NCBI GenBank assembly: GCA_964016885.1 | Contig: OZ024765.1 | Location: forward strand, 5,146,001 to 5,210,000 | Direction of reading: 5' to 3' | Source of the DNA: Eledone cirrhosa | Lineage: Eukaryota | DNA: 64,000 nt | The notes under the pieces: model-generated | Databases searched by the model: none | Seen by the model: the letters and a program-made list of their open reading frames with translations, nothing else | What the model was told of the DNA's origin: nothing | In this document: positions 11,401 to 22,679 of the stretch, piece by piece | How the letters are laid out: each line of letters starts with the position of its first letter | Position numbering within the stretch: position 1 is the first letter of the stretch | Position numbers and translations under genes: made by a program

Positions 11401-11469
11401 TATCTCTGTTTATCTGTCCATCTGCTATATATCTGTCAGTCTGTCCATCTGCTATATATCTGTCAGTCT

Positions 11470-11850
11470 GTATGACATCTGTGTGGAAAGTGTGATGCTG
11501 CATGGTAGTGAAACATGGGCAGTGACTGGAGAGAAATGACGCAGCCATGCTTTGTTGGATGTGCAAGATAAATGTGAGAGAAGGCAGAGATTGGACAAGC
11601 TGAGGGAGAAGCTGGGTGTAAGAGGAATCTGAGGTGGTGTGAGGGAGAGAAGACTGCATTGATTCAGACATGTGGTGTCCATGGATGAGGATCGATGGGT
11701 GAAGAAGTACCAAGAAATCCCAGTGGAAGGAAGTCTAACTCACTGCGACTCACAAAGGAACCCGACAAGTGGAGAGATGGTGTGCTGAGAGGGGCCCATC
11801 AAACCCATGCATGCATGGAAAAACAGACATAAAAATGATGATTATGATGA
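11470..11850 (+). mobile_element. Degenerate RTE-X 3' end
   Basis: MLHGSETWA motif and (TGA) tail. Confidence 0.75.
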
Positions 11851-11875
11851 TATAGGTATATATGTAACTATAAAA

Positions 11876-12060
11876 ATATTTGATATATATTTATCCTTCT
11901 TTAACACTAAACCATAAAAAATTATATATATTTATAAACCTATATATATATATATGCCTATATATACTTATATATATATAGGCATATATATATAGGTTTA
12001 TAAATATATATAATTTTTTATGGTTTAGTGTTAAAGAAGGATAAATATATATCAAATATA
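11876..12060. repeat. Near-perfect AT-rich palindrome
   Basis: tttgatatatatttatccttctttaacactaaacc ... ggtttagtgttaaagaaggataaatatatatcaaa around a (TA)n centre. Confidence 0.85.
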
Positions 12061-12063
12061 TAA

Positions 12064-12107
12064 GAACCCTAGAGCAAATCCCGCTCAACGCCGGGCCATT
12101 CTGCTAG
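12064..12107 (+). mobile_element. Helitron-like 3' end
   Basis: GC hairpin cccg-ctcaacgc-cggg followed after about 9 nt by CTAG|T. Confidence 0.5.
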
Positions 12108-12289
12108 TTTATTCTAAAAAATGAGGCTCCCAAAGGTGTGTGACCATAAGCTATAGCTTATTTAGCTTATAGGTGTGTCCAGCACTGGCTACATGTGATA
12201 TGTATAAGCAAAAATATCTTTAAATATTGGTTCTTTCTAAATAAGAAATAAGTACAGCCTTTTTTTGTTTTTGTTTGTGTCCATTTTCC

Positions 12290-13760
12290 CAGTTATGTTG
12301 AACAAGTTCATCAACAGGCTCCTCCTACTTTGCTCTGAAGGTGGACAGTATTGCGCGGAGCATCACCGCTTCTCTCAACATCTGGTACCTGGGTGATGCA
12401 ACAATAGGTGGGCCTGCAAAAAGTGTTTGTGATGATCTTTGATCCGTTGTTCCTGCTCTGGCGAGAATTGGCCTTGAAATCAGCTCGTCCAAGTCGGAGG
12501 CTGTGAACATCAATTACAACAAAGAGGGCTTCATAACCTCCATCTCCGATGTGCGATGATTACTCCACCTGGTGCAGGTGACCCCTAAGGAATACATCCT
12601 TATCCTTCGTTCACCAATCCTCCCTTTGCCAGTCACTCTACACTCAGGTCCAGACTTTGCTGGCTAGAAACTCTGACAAGCAGACTGAACCTGATCGACA
12701 CCTACCTGGCACTCTTTCTGTTAATAAACTGCTTCGCCATGTTGAAGCTCCTATACACCGTCCACGGTGCCCCCTACTATAGTCAAGCATCTCTCCTCAC
12801 AGATCTCGACATCTGCATCTGATGGGCTGCTGAGGAGATATGCAATGTCTGGTTTGATGACACCTGGTGGCAACAGGCCACCTTACTCATCTGGCATGGC
12901 AGCCTCTGTCTCCAGTCTCCGTGATCTCATTAATAGGCTTCTACACAACACAACTGAACCTACTTTGATTGACGTGACATATAAGGAGCTCAGCCTCCAC
13001 CCTACGGATCTCCATCTGCCTCTCTCCTCTAGATGTCCAGTTTCCCCAAAACAAATGGGACGCCATTCAGTACAACATGACCTCAAACAGGCTGGTGCAT
13101 TGGCTCAACCAGCACCATCTGGCATGTTTTTGCTTGACCTCCCAACCCCACAGCATTGTTTGGCTCAACGCAGTACCATAAATTGTGACTGGCACTCTGT
13201 GAGCCTCACAAATACCACTGCAGTTCCACTATGGATTCTTTTGGCCTCCATCCACTGCCATGCCATTATAGTGCTCCCATGCCATGCTGCTCTCAACGAG
13301 ACAATAAAGCATGGCCTGGACGGTGCAGGCTTCCTTTTTCAGCTCAAGCTAGCAGGGCTGGAGCAAGGGGATGATAGCCAGATGGCCTGACAATCTTTCC
13401 ATTCTATGAGGGTAGGGCCCCTCATCTGGAATGCTACATGGTGTGGTACCTTCTCTAGCGGCAACCTGGTGCATTTGGCTACCAGCCCAGGCTTCACTGC
13501 CCACCAGGCCAACGAGGGCAAACTGTCCAAGTATCGGCTGCTTTCAGATAGGTTTGTGGTAGAGCCTGTAGCAGTGGAGATTTCTGGTGTTCTTGGCGGC
13601 CCTCCAGACCACATCCCAACTCACTGTTATCAGAGCAGATTTGGCTGCCTGTAGGGGTGAGCCCTGAGAGGTGGAGTAGTAGTTCCAGCGTGGATCCCTC
13701 GCCGTCCTCTGAAGCAATATGTTCTCCATCCTGTTGGCCGGGAACAAGAGGCAGATGACA
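12290..13760 (+). mobile_element. Degenerate CRE-like non-LTR retrotransposon (RT end + restriction-like endonuclease)
   Basis: WYLGDATIGGP (YLDD remnant), LIWNATWCGTF, and KYRLLSDRFVVEPVAVEISGVLG, typical of the CRE-type REL domain. Many frameshifts. Confidence 0.7.
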
Positions 13761-13802
13761 TATTAGGACAGGAGTTGGGTGGCATTCATCAGACTTAAGG
13801 GT

Positions 13803-13986
13803 TAATAATCGTTTCTACTTTCGGCACAAGGCCAGCAGTTATCCCAGTACATTACTGGTACTTTATTTAATCGCCCCCCGTAAGGATGAAAGGCAAAGTT
13901 AACCTCGGCGGGATTTGAACTCAGAATGGCAAGGGCCGTTACTCTATGCTTGGCGTCCGACCCTCTAACAATACTGCCAATCCACT
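13803..13986 (-). mobile_element. tRNA-derived MetaSINE-like element
   Basis: B box gagttcaaatccc and central tttgcctttcatcc...gataaaataaagtaccag. Copies at 17006-17190(+), 37925-38117(-), 39410-39635(+), 50860-50983(+), 59185-59310(-) and 59580-60110(-). Confidence 0.75.
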
Positions 13987-14719
13987 AATGCTGACACACG
14001 CCTACACACTATAGCAACATTTATCACCTCAGTCGGGGCCAAATCACTGTATTTGTTGTTGTGTTAGGATTAAAGTCATACATTTTTCAAACCGACTAAC
14101 CGCTTGTTCTAAATTTAATTTACAATTTTTTTGGCACTACTTATGTCTTGCAGTTCCATAACAGCGAATGCTTCATCTTGCGTGTTCAACGTTGGTAGAG
14201 ACAAAGAGGATCAAGGTTTCTACCCTCAATTGACCTTTGATTCATCACGACATAGATAAAGTCTTCTCGTGAAACTGTGCCGAGAGTAATGAATGGACTA
14301 GATTACTGCTTCTTCCACAGAAATATATGTATATATATGATTTATACAAATGAAACAGTTCTAGTCCTGTGGGGGTCATTTGTATATGAAATAAATATGC
14401 TTATTCTCTACTAACGTATTGAGTACCTTATTTAACTGTGGTTAATTATCGATCCTTTTGGGATATCATCCTTAATTCATCATCATCATCATCATCATCA
14501 TCATTATCTCTGTTGAATGTCTGTTTCTTGCGTGAGTTAAATGGGTTGTCACATTATGAGGGCAAGTCAGGTCAGGTGATCGCATCTTGCTCATACAGAT
14601 CTGTAAGATGGGTAAACCAAGCCAAAATACAAATCTGTATGAGCAAGACTTGGTCGCCTGATTAGATTGCCTCATAACATGACAACCTATCTAACCCATG
14701 CAAGCGTGTTAAATGGACG

Positions 14720-15194
14720 TTAACCCTGTAGCATTTAAACAGGCCATTCTCTCACCTCTTTCTGTTCAAACCAGCTGTAACTGGCCGCTCATACTGATGT
14801 TAATAAATAATATCGAAATCTCATAGATTTGATATTATGTGAGGTAAAGCCTTTACTGTGAAAATACAATAGTATATATAGAGTAATGTAAATGTTATCT
14901 GAGATATTATGTGAGGTAAAGCCTTTACTGTGAAAATACAATAGTATATATAGAGTAATGTAAATGTTATGTGAGATATTATGTGAGGTAAAGCCTTTAC
15001 TGTGAAAATACAATAGTATATATAGAGTAATGTAAATGTTATGTGAGATATTATGTGAGGTAAAGCCTTTACTGTGAAAATACAATAGTATATATAGAGT
15101 AATGTAAATGTTATGTGAGATATTATGTGAGGTAAAGCCTCTACCATGAAAATATAATAGTATATATAGAGTAATGTAAAGTATAAAGGGTTAA
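14720..15194. mobile_element. TTAA-flanked (piggyBac-like) MITE with internal 72-bp tandem array (about 5 copies)
   Basis: ttaaccc...gggttaa ends. A relative at about 7770-7976 has a single unit. Confidence 0.65.
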
Positions 15195-15304
15195 ACTATG
15201 ATGATGATGATATGTTCCTGTGCTCTAACATGTATATTTGATCATGGTACCAGTACTAGGGAGTTTACCACGACCTTTGACACGTACTCAGATAATAGAA
15301 CATG

Positions 15305-15503
15305 TGAGTGTTGGCTAAAAAGTTCATAGTCTAACCAAGATACTCTCATGGAATGACCAAATGAGGTTTATTTTGCAACATAGTCCCTGGAAAGAAACAA
15401 TGCAGTTATTGATATAAGAAGAGGTGAAATTAATGTATGCAAGATTTCACAGCTCTAACGTGACTCCTTTATATAAGCCTATGAACTTTTCAGCTGATCC
15501 TCA
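15305..15503. mobile_element. Mariner-derived MITE
   Basis: TIR gctaaaaagttcatag / ctatgaacttttcagc. Second copy at 16470-16674. Confidence 0.7.
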
Positions 15504-15530
15504 TGTATGTATATATATATATATATATAT

Positions 15531-15900
15531 ATCATCATCATCATCATTTTATGTCCGCTTTTCCCTGGTTGCAAGGGTGGGATGGGGTCCTATTCAGCAC
15601 AGCATCTCTCCACTTGTCACGGTCCTTTGTCATCTCCTCCGTGAGCTTCAGTGATCTGAGGTCTGCTCTCACCACCTCCGCCCATGTTTTTCGTGGTCTA
15701 CCTCTACTGCGTCTTCCTTCTACTGGGATTTCTTGGCACTTCTTCACCCATCGGTCATCCTCCATGCGCATCACATGTCCATACCACCCCAGTCTTCTCT
15801 CCTGCACACCACAACTTATCCCTCTTATACACAGTTTCTCTCTCAACTCATCTCTGGTTGATTGTTCACGCACATTGACATTGCACATCCAACGGAGCAA
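15531..15900 (-). mobile_element. RTE-X 3' end
   Basis: MLRWMCNV...[12 protein letters not shown]...[11 protein letters not shown], with (CAT)n tail. Confidence 0.85.
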
Positions 15901-16116
15901 TATATATATATATATATATGGGTTTCAGAGCAAACAGCACGGACACTCTATCTCAAAATTATTTTTGAAAAGCATTTAGAAATGCGCAACCGGTAAAAAC
16001 TTAAAAACTTAAAGCCACAACTGAATACTAACCAATACAATCACTAATACTCTTTTATTCCTAATTAAATCATTTTCCAACTGTGAACAATTTGTCAGCA
16101 TTTTCTATTCCGTTTA

Positions 16117-16199
<83 letters not shown>

Positions 16200-16239
16200 G
16201 AAAGGTATAGAAAACATTGTAGCAAAAAGCCATGTTTCG

Positions 16240-16287
<48 letters not shown>

Positions 16288-16330
16288 CGAAATATAAGTC
16301 AATTGCATGAACTCATAATCCTTTATTTAA

Positions 16331-16382
16331 TGCTATATATATTTCGATGATAGCCATTGAATGGCTATGACCTCATCAGGCA
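16331..16382 (-). ncRNA. Type-I hammerhead ribozyme
   Basis: Reverse complement reads tgc-CTGATGA-ggtcatagccat(tca)atggctatcatc-GAAA-TATATA-TA-gca. Long stem II, palindromic stem III, AUA site. Confidence 0.7.
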
Positions 16383-16469
16383 GTTAGTCAGTTCTTAGAT
16401 ATGCCAGCTCTGTGTTTATGGTGTTGATGGTATCATATATATATACAAACACACATACACACATACATA

Positions 16470-16674
16470 TAAAGGTCAGCTGAAAAGTTCATAGGCTGAC
16501 CAAGATACTCTCATGGAATGACCAAATGAGGTTTATTTTGCAACATAGTCCCTAGAAAGAAGCAATGCAGTTATTAATTAGAAGAGTTAAAACTGTTAAG
16601 TCAAGATGCAAGATTTCACAGCGCTAGCATAACTCCTTCGTAGTCAGCCTACGAACTTTTCAACTGAACCCTTA
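16470..16674. mobile_element. Mariner-derived MITE
   Basis: TIRs ggtcagctgaaaagttcataggctgac / gtcagcctacgaacttttcaactgaacc. Confidence 0.75.
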
Positions 16675-16709
16675 AAACATTACATTTTCTGAACACTTTG
16701 TCTCTTCAG

Positions 16710-16973
16710 CGAGGAAAGAAGACGGTACTTTCTGGATGGCTATGACAGCAGTGATGATGATGATGATGATGATGAGGATGATGATGATGATGATGATGGT
16801 GGTGGTAGAAATCGGGAAGTGACACAACAGCAGCGCCGCAGGCAACGACGAACGAGGCCATCCTCAGTCCCCAATGAGATAATGTTTTCAAGATCATCAA
16901 AAATTGGTTTTACTGAGCGGTCAATTCCTCAGGGGTCAAGGATCCAACAAAAACCCCCGGTCTTGTCTCACAG
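16710..16973 (+). CDS. ZBBX: ZBBX-like exon (poly-Asp)
   Basis: tctcttcag / gtcagt. Encodes EERRRYFLDGYDSSDDD...KPPVLSH(R), phase 2->2. Confidence 0.65.
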
Positions 16974-17233
16974 GTCAGTGTCACACGGTGTATTATTATT
17001 GTTCATTATGGCAGTATCGGTGGAGGGTCGGACGCCATGCTTTCCAGCATAGAGTTACGTCCCTTTACGATCTGAGTTCAAATCCCGCTGAGGTTGACTT
17101 TGCCTTTCATCCTTACGGGGTCGATAAAATAAAGTACCAGTAATGCACTGGGTAATTGCTGGCCTTGTGTCAAAAGTAGGAACAATTATTGTTCATTATA
17201 CCTTTATATATACATGTATATGTATATATATAT

Positions 17234-17296
<63 letters not shown>

Positions 17297-18480
17297 TATA
17301 TATATCATTTCATTTTTTTCATTTCATTTTACGTCCGCTTTTCCCTGCTAGCAAGGGTGGGACTATATCATCATCATCACCGTTTAACGTCCGTGTTCCA
17401 CGCTTGCATGGGTTTGGACGGGGGTATTCCCACTTGAGGCAAGAGTGATTGTCTTGCTCGCATAGGACTGTCTGGCAGGTTTTCTACAGTTGGATGCCCT
17501 TCCTAACACCAACCACATTTACAGTGTGGGTCTGGGAGGTTTTTACCATGTTGCCTACACGGCCACATTACAGCATGGACTGTCTGGCAGGTTTTCTACA
17601 GCTGGATGCCCTTCCTAACACCAACCACATTTACAGTGTGGGGCTGGGAGGTTTTTACCGTGTTGCCTACACGGCCACATTACAGCGTGGACTGTGTGTT
17701 TTTTTGTCGTGACACCTACACGATCTCATTTGTTTCGGCCTGGATGGTGTGGCACCAACACAACTTTACATAGAACGGGGTGGCGTGGATGGGTTGGGGG
17801 TGGTGGGACGGGGGGGGGGGGTATATATATATATATTAAATGAAATTACAGACTGACCAATGTGTATATTTGTATACATATATATATATGTGCATTTGTT
17901 TGTGGGTATATACACATACATCTATATGTATACACTTGTATGTATATCTAAAAAAGACTAAAGTCTGTCTTAAGCCAGAAGACTCATTTGGCCGGTGCTT
18001 ATCCCGGTTTCATGGCGTGAAGCGACTGAGAGTACAAGACTCTCCCCTGGACAGGACACCAGTCCATGGCAGGGTTAAACCTCCAGCTATTGCTGGTACT
18101 CATTTTCAGCTGAGTATACTGGAGCAACGTGAAATGAAGTGTATATTATCCATACACATATATATATAAATACTAAAGTCTAGTCTAGAGTGACTGAGAG
18201 TACAAGACTTCCCCCTGGAGAGGACAACAGTCCATCACAGGGTTAAACTCCCAGCTATTGCTGGTACTCATTTTCAGTTGAGTATACTGGAGCAACGTGA
18301 AATGAAGTGTTTTGCTCAAGAACACAACACGCAGCCCAGGAATCGAACCCACGACATTATGATCGTAAGTCCAACACCCTTACCACTAGGTCACGTGCCT
18401 CCACTGTATGTATATACATGTATGTATATATATATGTGTGTGTGTGTCTATATATATATACATGTGTGTGTTTGTATATA

Positions 18481-18960
18481 CGAGGGGGCTTCAACAAGTT
18501 CGTGGAAAAAGGACATTTGGAAAAAAATGGTTTAAGTTATGACGTTTATTTTTCAACATATGCTCCAGCTAGGTCAATACACTTCTGCAAGTGTTGATAC
18601 CAGCTTTTAAGTTAATCTGTGTAAAACTGGGGGCTAATGTGATTTAAACCACGTCAAAGCAGCTTTTTCTACATCTTCAACTGGGGATCATCTTCAACCT
18701 CATCTCTTCCACTTCTTAAACAACTTATCCATTTGTAGGGGTGTTGATTTATTGGGGTATTGTCCCCATAAACCTGCTCCAGAGTGTCAATTATTTGGCT
18801 GCTCGTCCACCCTAGCTTCACCATGAGTTTCATGTTTTGATGGAGGCCGTGTTGCTTGAGTGGGGGCTGACTTCCGAACATACAGGTGTATTGAGATCAA
18901 AATCCCAGCATATGGTTTTTAGCTATGTACTTTTTCCACAAACATTTTGAAGGCCCCTCG
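18481..18960 (-). mobile_element. Internally deleted mariner element
   Basis: ta|cgagggggcttcaa ... ttgaaggcccctcg|ta TIRs and HTH remnant MKLMVKLGWTSSQIIDTLEQVYGDN. Confidence 0.8.
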
Positions 18961-19003
18961 TATATATATATACATACATATATATATATATGTATATATA
19001 TAT

Positions 19004-19052
<49 letters not shown>

Positions 19053-19218
19053 CATATATATACATATATATATACATACATATATATATATATACATACA
19101 TATATATATATATACATACATATATATATATACATACATATATATATACATATATATATATATATACATATATGTATATATATATATATACATATATGTA
19201 TATATATATATATATACA

Positions 19219-19260
<42 letters not shown>

Positions 19261-19335
19261 TGTATATATATATATATATATATATACATATATGTATATA
19301 TATATATATATATATATACATATATGTATATATAT

Positions 19336-19336
<1 letters not shown>
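18961..19336. repeat. (TA)n-rich microsatellite
   Basis: Direct reading. Similar tracts at 32917-34040, 34440-34965, 41650-41860, 52920-53100, 53925-54350 and 56010-56720. Confidence 0.95.
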
Positions 19337-19370
<34 letters not shown>

Positions 19371-19668
19371 TTTACGTCCGCTTTTCCCTGCTTGCAAGGG
19401 TGGGACGGGTCTTATTCAGCACAGCATCTCTCCACTCGTCACGGTCCCTCGTCATCTCCACCGTGAGCTTCAATGATCTGAGGTCTGTTCTCACCACCTC
19501 CGCCCATGTTTTTCGTGGTCTACCTCTACCACGTCTTCCTTCAACTGGCATTTCCTGGCACTTCTTCACCCATCGGTCATCCTCCATGCGCATCACATGT
19601 CCATACCACCTCAGTCTCCTCTCCCGCACACTACATTCTATCCCTCTCAGACACAGTTTCTCTCTCAA
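19337..19668 (-). mobile_element. RTE-X 3' end
   Basis: [22 protein letters not shown] close copy lies at 54933-55245. Confidence 0.85.
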
Positions 19669-19720
19669 CACATTTATGCTGCACAATGTATATATATATA
19701 TATATATATATACATATATG

Positions 19721-19758
<38 letters not shown>

Positions 19759-19935
19759 TGTATATATATATATATACATATATGTATATATATATATACA
19801 TATGTGTATATATATATATGTGTGTGTGTATATAAACATATATAAACCTATATGCTTTTTGCATGTATTTGTTGTTTTCGATTCCATCCAATAAAGTCTA
19901 ACTTTAGCTCAAAAGAAAATGTTATTCTCCTCCAG

Positions 19936-20177
19936 AATCAGCAGAGAGCTTAGGCAAGTCTCTCGTCTACCAATGTCCCGAATCAGTGGTGGTGGCCCAG
20001 TAAGGAACTCTTCGCAGTTTAGACTGCTGACCACTGGACTGGACATGGCCGAAGAAGAAGAGGATGGTGAAATGGTGAATAACAAGAGCAAGAAGGTGGC
20101 AAAGGTGGACATGAGTTTGTCCCTCAATACCTGGCCAGTGGACATGTTGGAATTGGTTGGAGGAGTTAGCAAGAATT
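19936..20177 (+). CDS. ZBBX: ZBBX-like exon
   Basis: ctcctccag / gtaagt. Encodes (R)ISRELRQVSRLPMSR...VGGVSKN, phase 2->1. Confidence 0.7.
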
Positions 20178-20274
20178 GTAAGTTTTACTGTTTGTTGTTG
20201 TTGCCTTCGTTGGTGGCAGTGGAGGTCTTAGGAAAGAGAGAAAGGAAATAGATAAGAGAGGGGAAAAAAATACA

Positions 20275-20745
20275 CGGTCCACGCTGTAATGTGGTCGTCT
20301 AGGTAACACGGTAAAAACCACACAGTCCACGCTGTAATGTGGCCGTGTAGGTAACACGGTAAAAACCACACAGTCCACGCTGTAATGTGGCCGTGTAGGT
20401 AACACGGTAAAAACCACACAGTCCACGCTGTAATGTGGCTGTGTAGGTAACACGGTAAAAACCACACAGTCCACGCTGTAATGTGGCCGTGTAGGTAACA
20501 CGGTAAAAACCACACAGTCCACGCTGTAATGTGGCCGTGTAGGTAACACGGTAAAAACCACACAGTCCACGCTGTAATGTGGCCGTGTAGGTAACACGGT
20601 AAAAACCACACAGTCCACGCTGTAATGTGGCCGTGTAGGTAACACGGTAAAAACCACACAGTCCACGCTGTAATGTGGCTGTGTAGGTAACACGGTAAAA
20701 ACCACACAGTCCACGCTGTAATGTGGCCGTGTAGGTAACAGGGTA
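20275..20745. repeat. 48-bp minisatellite (about 10 copies) inside an RTE-X 3'UTR (20275-20928, +)
   Basis: acgctgtaat has period 48. The flank continues into ggaagggcatcc and a (TGA) tail. Confidence 0.9.
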
Positions 20746-20929
20746 AAAAGCTCCCAGTTCCACACTGTAAATGTGGTTGGTGTTAGGAAGGGCATCCAAC
20801 TGTAGAAAACCTGCCAGATAGTCCTATACGAGCGAGACACGGTCACCCGACCAATCTTGCCTCAAGTGGGACAACTCCCATCTAACCCATGCTCGCGTGG
20901 AAGTTGGACGTTAAACGATGATGATGATG

Positions 20930-21452
20930 CAGGAAAAAAAAAAAAACCTGACAAAGGGCGGAAGAACTCATAAGAGTCAACGGCCATCCAAAAATGTGTA
21001 AATATATACATACATATGTATATATGTGTGTATGTATATATGTAGAGAGATGGCCCCTTAGCCTTTGTCAAGGCAGAATTCTAGAAGGAAAACTCTGATA
21101 TAACACCTGCAACCCTGATGGTATCAAATGATGTTGACTTGTTCTTCTTTTTGGTACATATCATCTTGATTAAGAGAGTGGGACTGGCTTTGTGCAGTGC
21201 CTTTGCTCACTATAAAAGCTTCACGGCACAGGCATTGCTTTATATCTGGAAATCTCTCTGCACTTGTCGTCACATGGTACCATGGGCCCAGCACTATGTG
21301 TCAATAATTGTCACAAGTGTAGTGTTTGTACCAGAGTTTTCAAGTCGCTGGCTGGACTAAAAAGTCACACTCGTTCAGCGCATCGGTAGGGGTTCTCCTA
21401 CATGGATATAAAGTAGTGGCCGTACTCGAAAACGAGTTGGCAGCCACCATAT
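20930..21452 (+). mobile_element. Bipartite non-autonomous RTE (5'UTR joined to 3' end with C2H2 finger remnant)
   Basis: RTE 5'UTR motif ctagaaggaaaactctgatataacacc, then CSVCTRVFKSLAGLKSHTRSAH* and tail gagttggcagccaccatata. Confidence 0.6.
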
Positions 21453-21511
21453 ATATATATATATACATATGTATATATGTATATACATATGTACATATGT
21501 ATATATATATG

Positions 21512-21931
21512 TGCAGGGACATAGAGATAATCGGGCTGGATACCTGATTGTGTGGTTAAACCACTGGGAGTGAAGGACCCCTAGCCTTTGTCAGGTCATT
21601 CTTCTAGAAGGCAACTCTGGAAACTGGGATAACTCCGACATAATACCTGTGGCTCAGTAGTTACTGACAAAGGCTAGGGGCCCTTCACTCCCAGTGGTTT
21701 AACTGCGCGGTACATGTGTATATACATATTTACACACTTTTGGATGGCCATTGACTCTTATGAGCTCTTCCGCCTTTTGTCAGGTTTTGTTTTTGTTCCT
21801 GCAGGGTGTCCAACCCCCCCCCCCTCACCAAGTAAACTTGGTGGAGTTGCCGGTTTAGTCGCCAACGATCCGACCATGCAACAGGTTGTACTGGGTTACA
21901 TGTTACCAGTAGCACCCAAGAGTGACCCGAC
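21512..21931. mobile_element. RTE 5'UTR-derived fragments (B part with fold-back, inverted A part)
   Basis: Matches 54353-54860 and 43469-43991. Confidence 0.65.
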
Positions 21932-21960
21932 ATATATATATATATCTATATATATATATA

Positions 21961-22011
<51 letters not shown>

Positions 22012-22133
22012 ATATATTCATTAGTTAAGCAAAGCAAGACCACAAATTTCACAAGGAAGATATTATTAAAAGATTGTCAACATATTTTAGTTTGATGTAA
22101 GGAATGTAGAGAATAATAATAATAATAATGTCC

Positions 22134-22253
22134 GTTTACAATTGTTTCGCTACTCCATATAATATTTCTGGATCAGATGACTATATATCATAATTGATCT
22201 GGTTCAGTTGAAAATAATTAACATATTTAAAAGACAGAGCGGCTCATCGGAAC
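22134..22253 (-). ncRNA. Type-I hammerhead-like motif with about 95-nt stem II (U4C core variant)
   Basis: Reverse complement reads gtt-CCGATGA-gccgctctgt...atggagtagc-GAAA-CAATTG-TA-aac. Confidence 0.55.
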
Positions 22254-22316
22254 TTCAAAGGAATATATTAAAATAATGAGAAAATGTTACATAATATAAT
22301 GTTCCATATATTGGTT

Positions 22317-22354
<38 letters not shown>

Positions 22355-22679
22355 TAAAATAACAGATTAAAGTTTAAGCAAAGAATCGCTGCTTTCACCC
22401 TTAACGGGATCTTCTGAAACTAACGGTTCTTATATATTTGATATATATTTTCCTTATCGAGCCCTCTTTGGATTTTAGTCTTCAATTTTATTATTATTAC
22501 TATATATATATATATATATATATAGTATAAAAGAGAAAACACAGGTAAGCATTAAGAAAAGGATTTTATCCAGGTATTTATGACCGTTTCATTGGTAAGT
22601 GCAACCTTATATTGCTATACTCCAAATAGCAGCCATATATATATATATATATATTTATATAATTGTATTTATTTTTCAG

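Noticed and set aside
18897-19894. YI/IY, VC and poly-V/T/H ORFs here and throughout
   Set aside because: These are translations of (TA)n, (TG)n and (GGT)n microsatellites.
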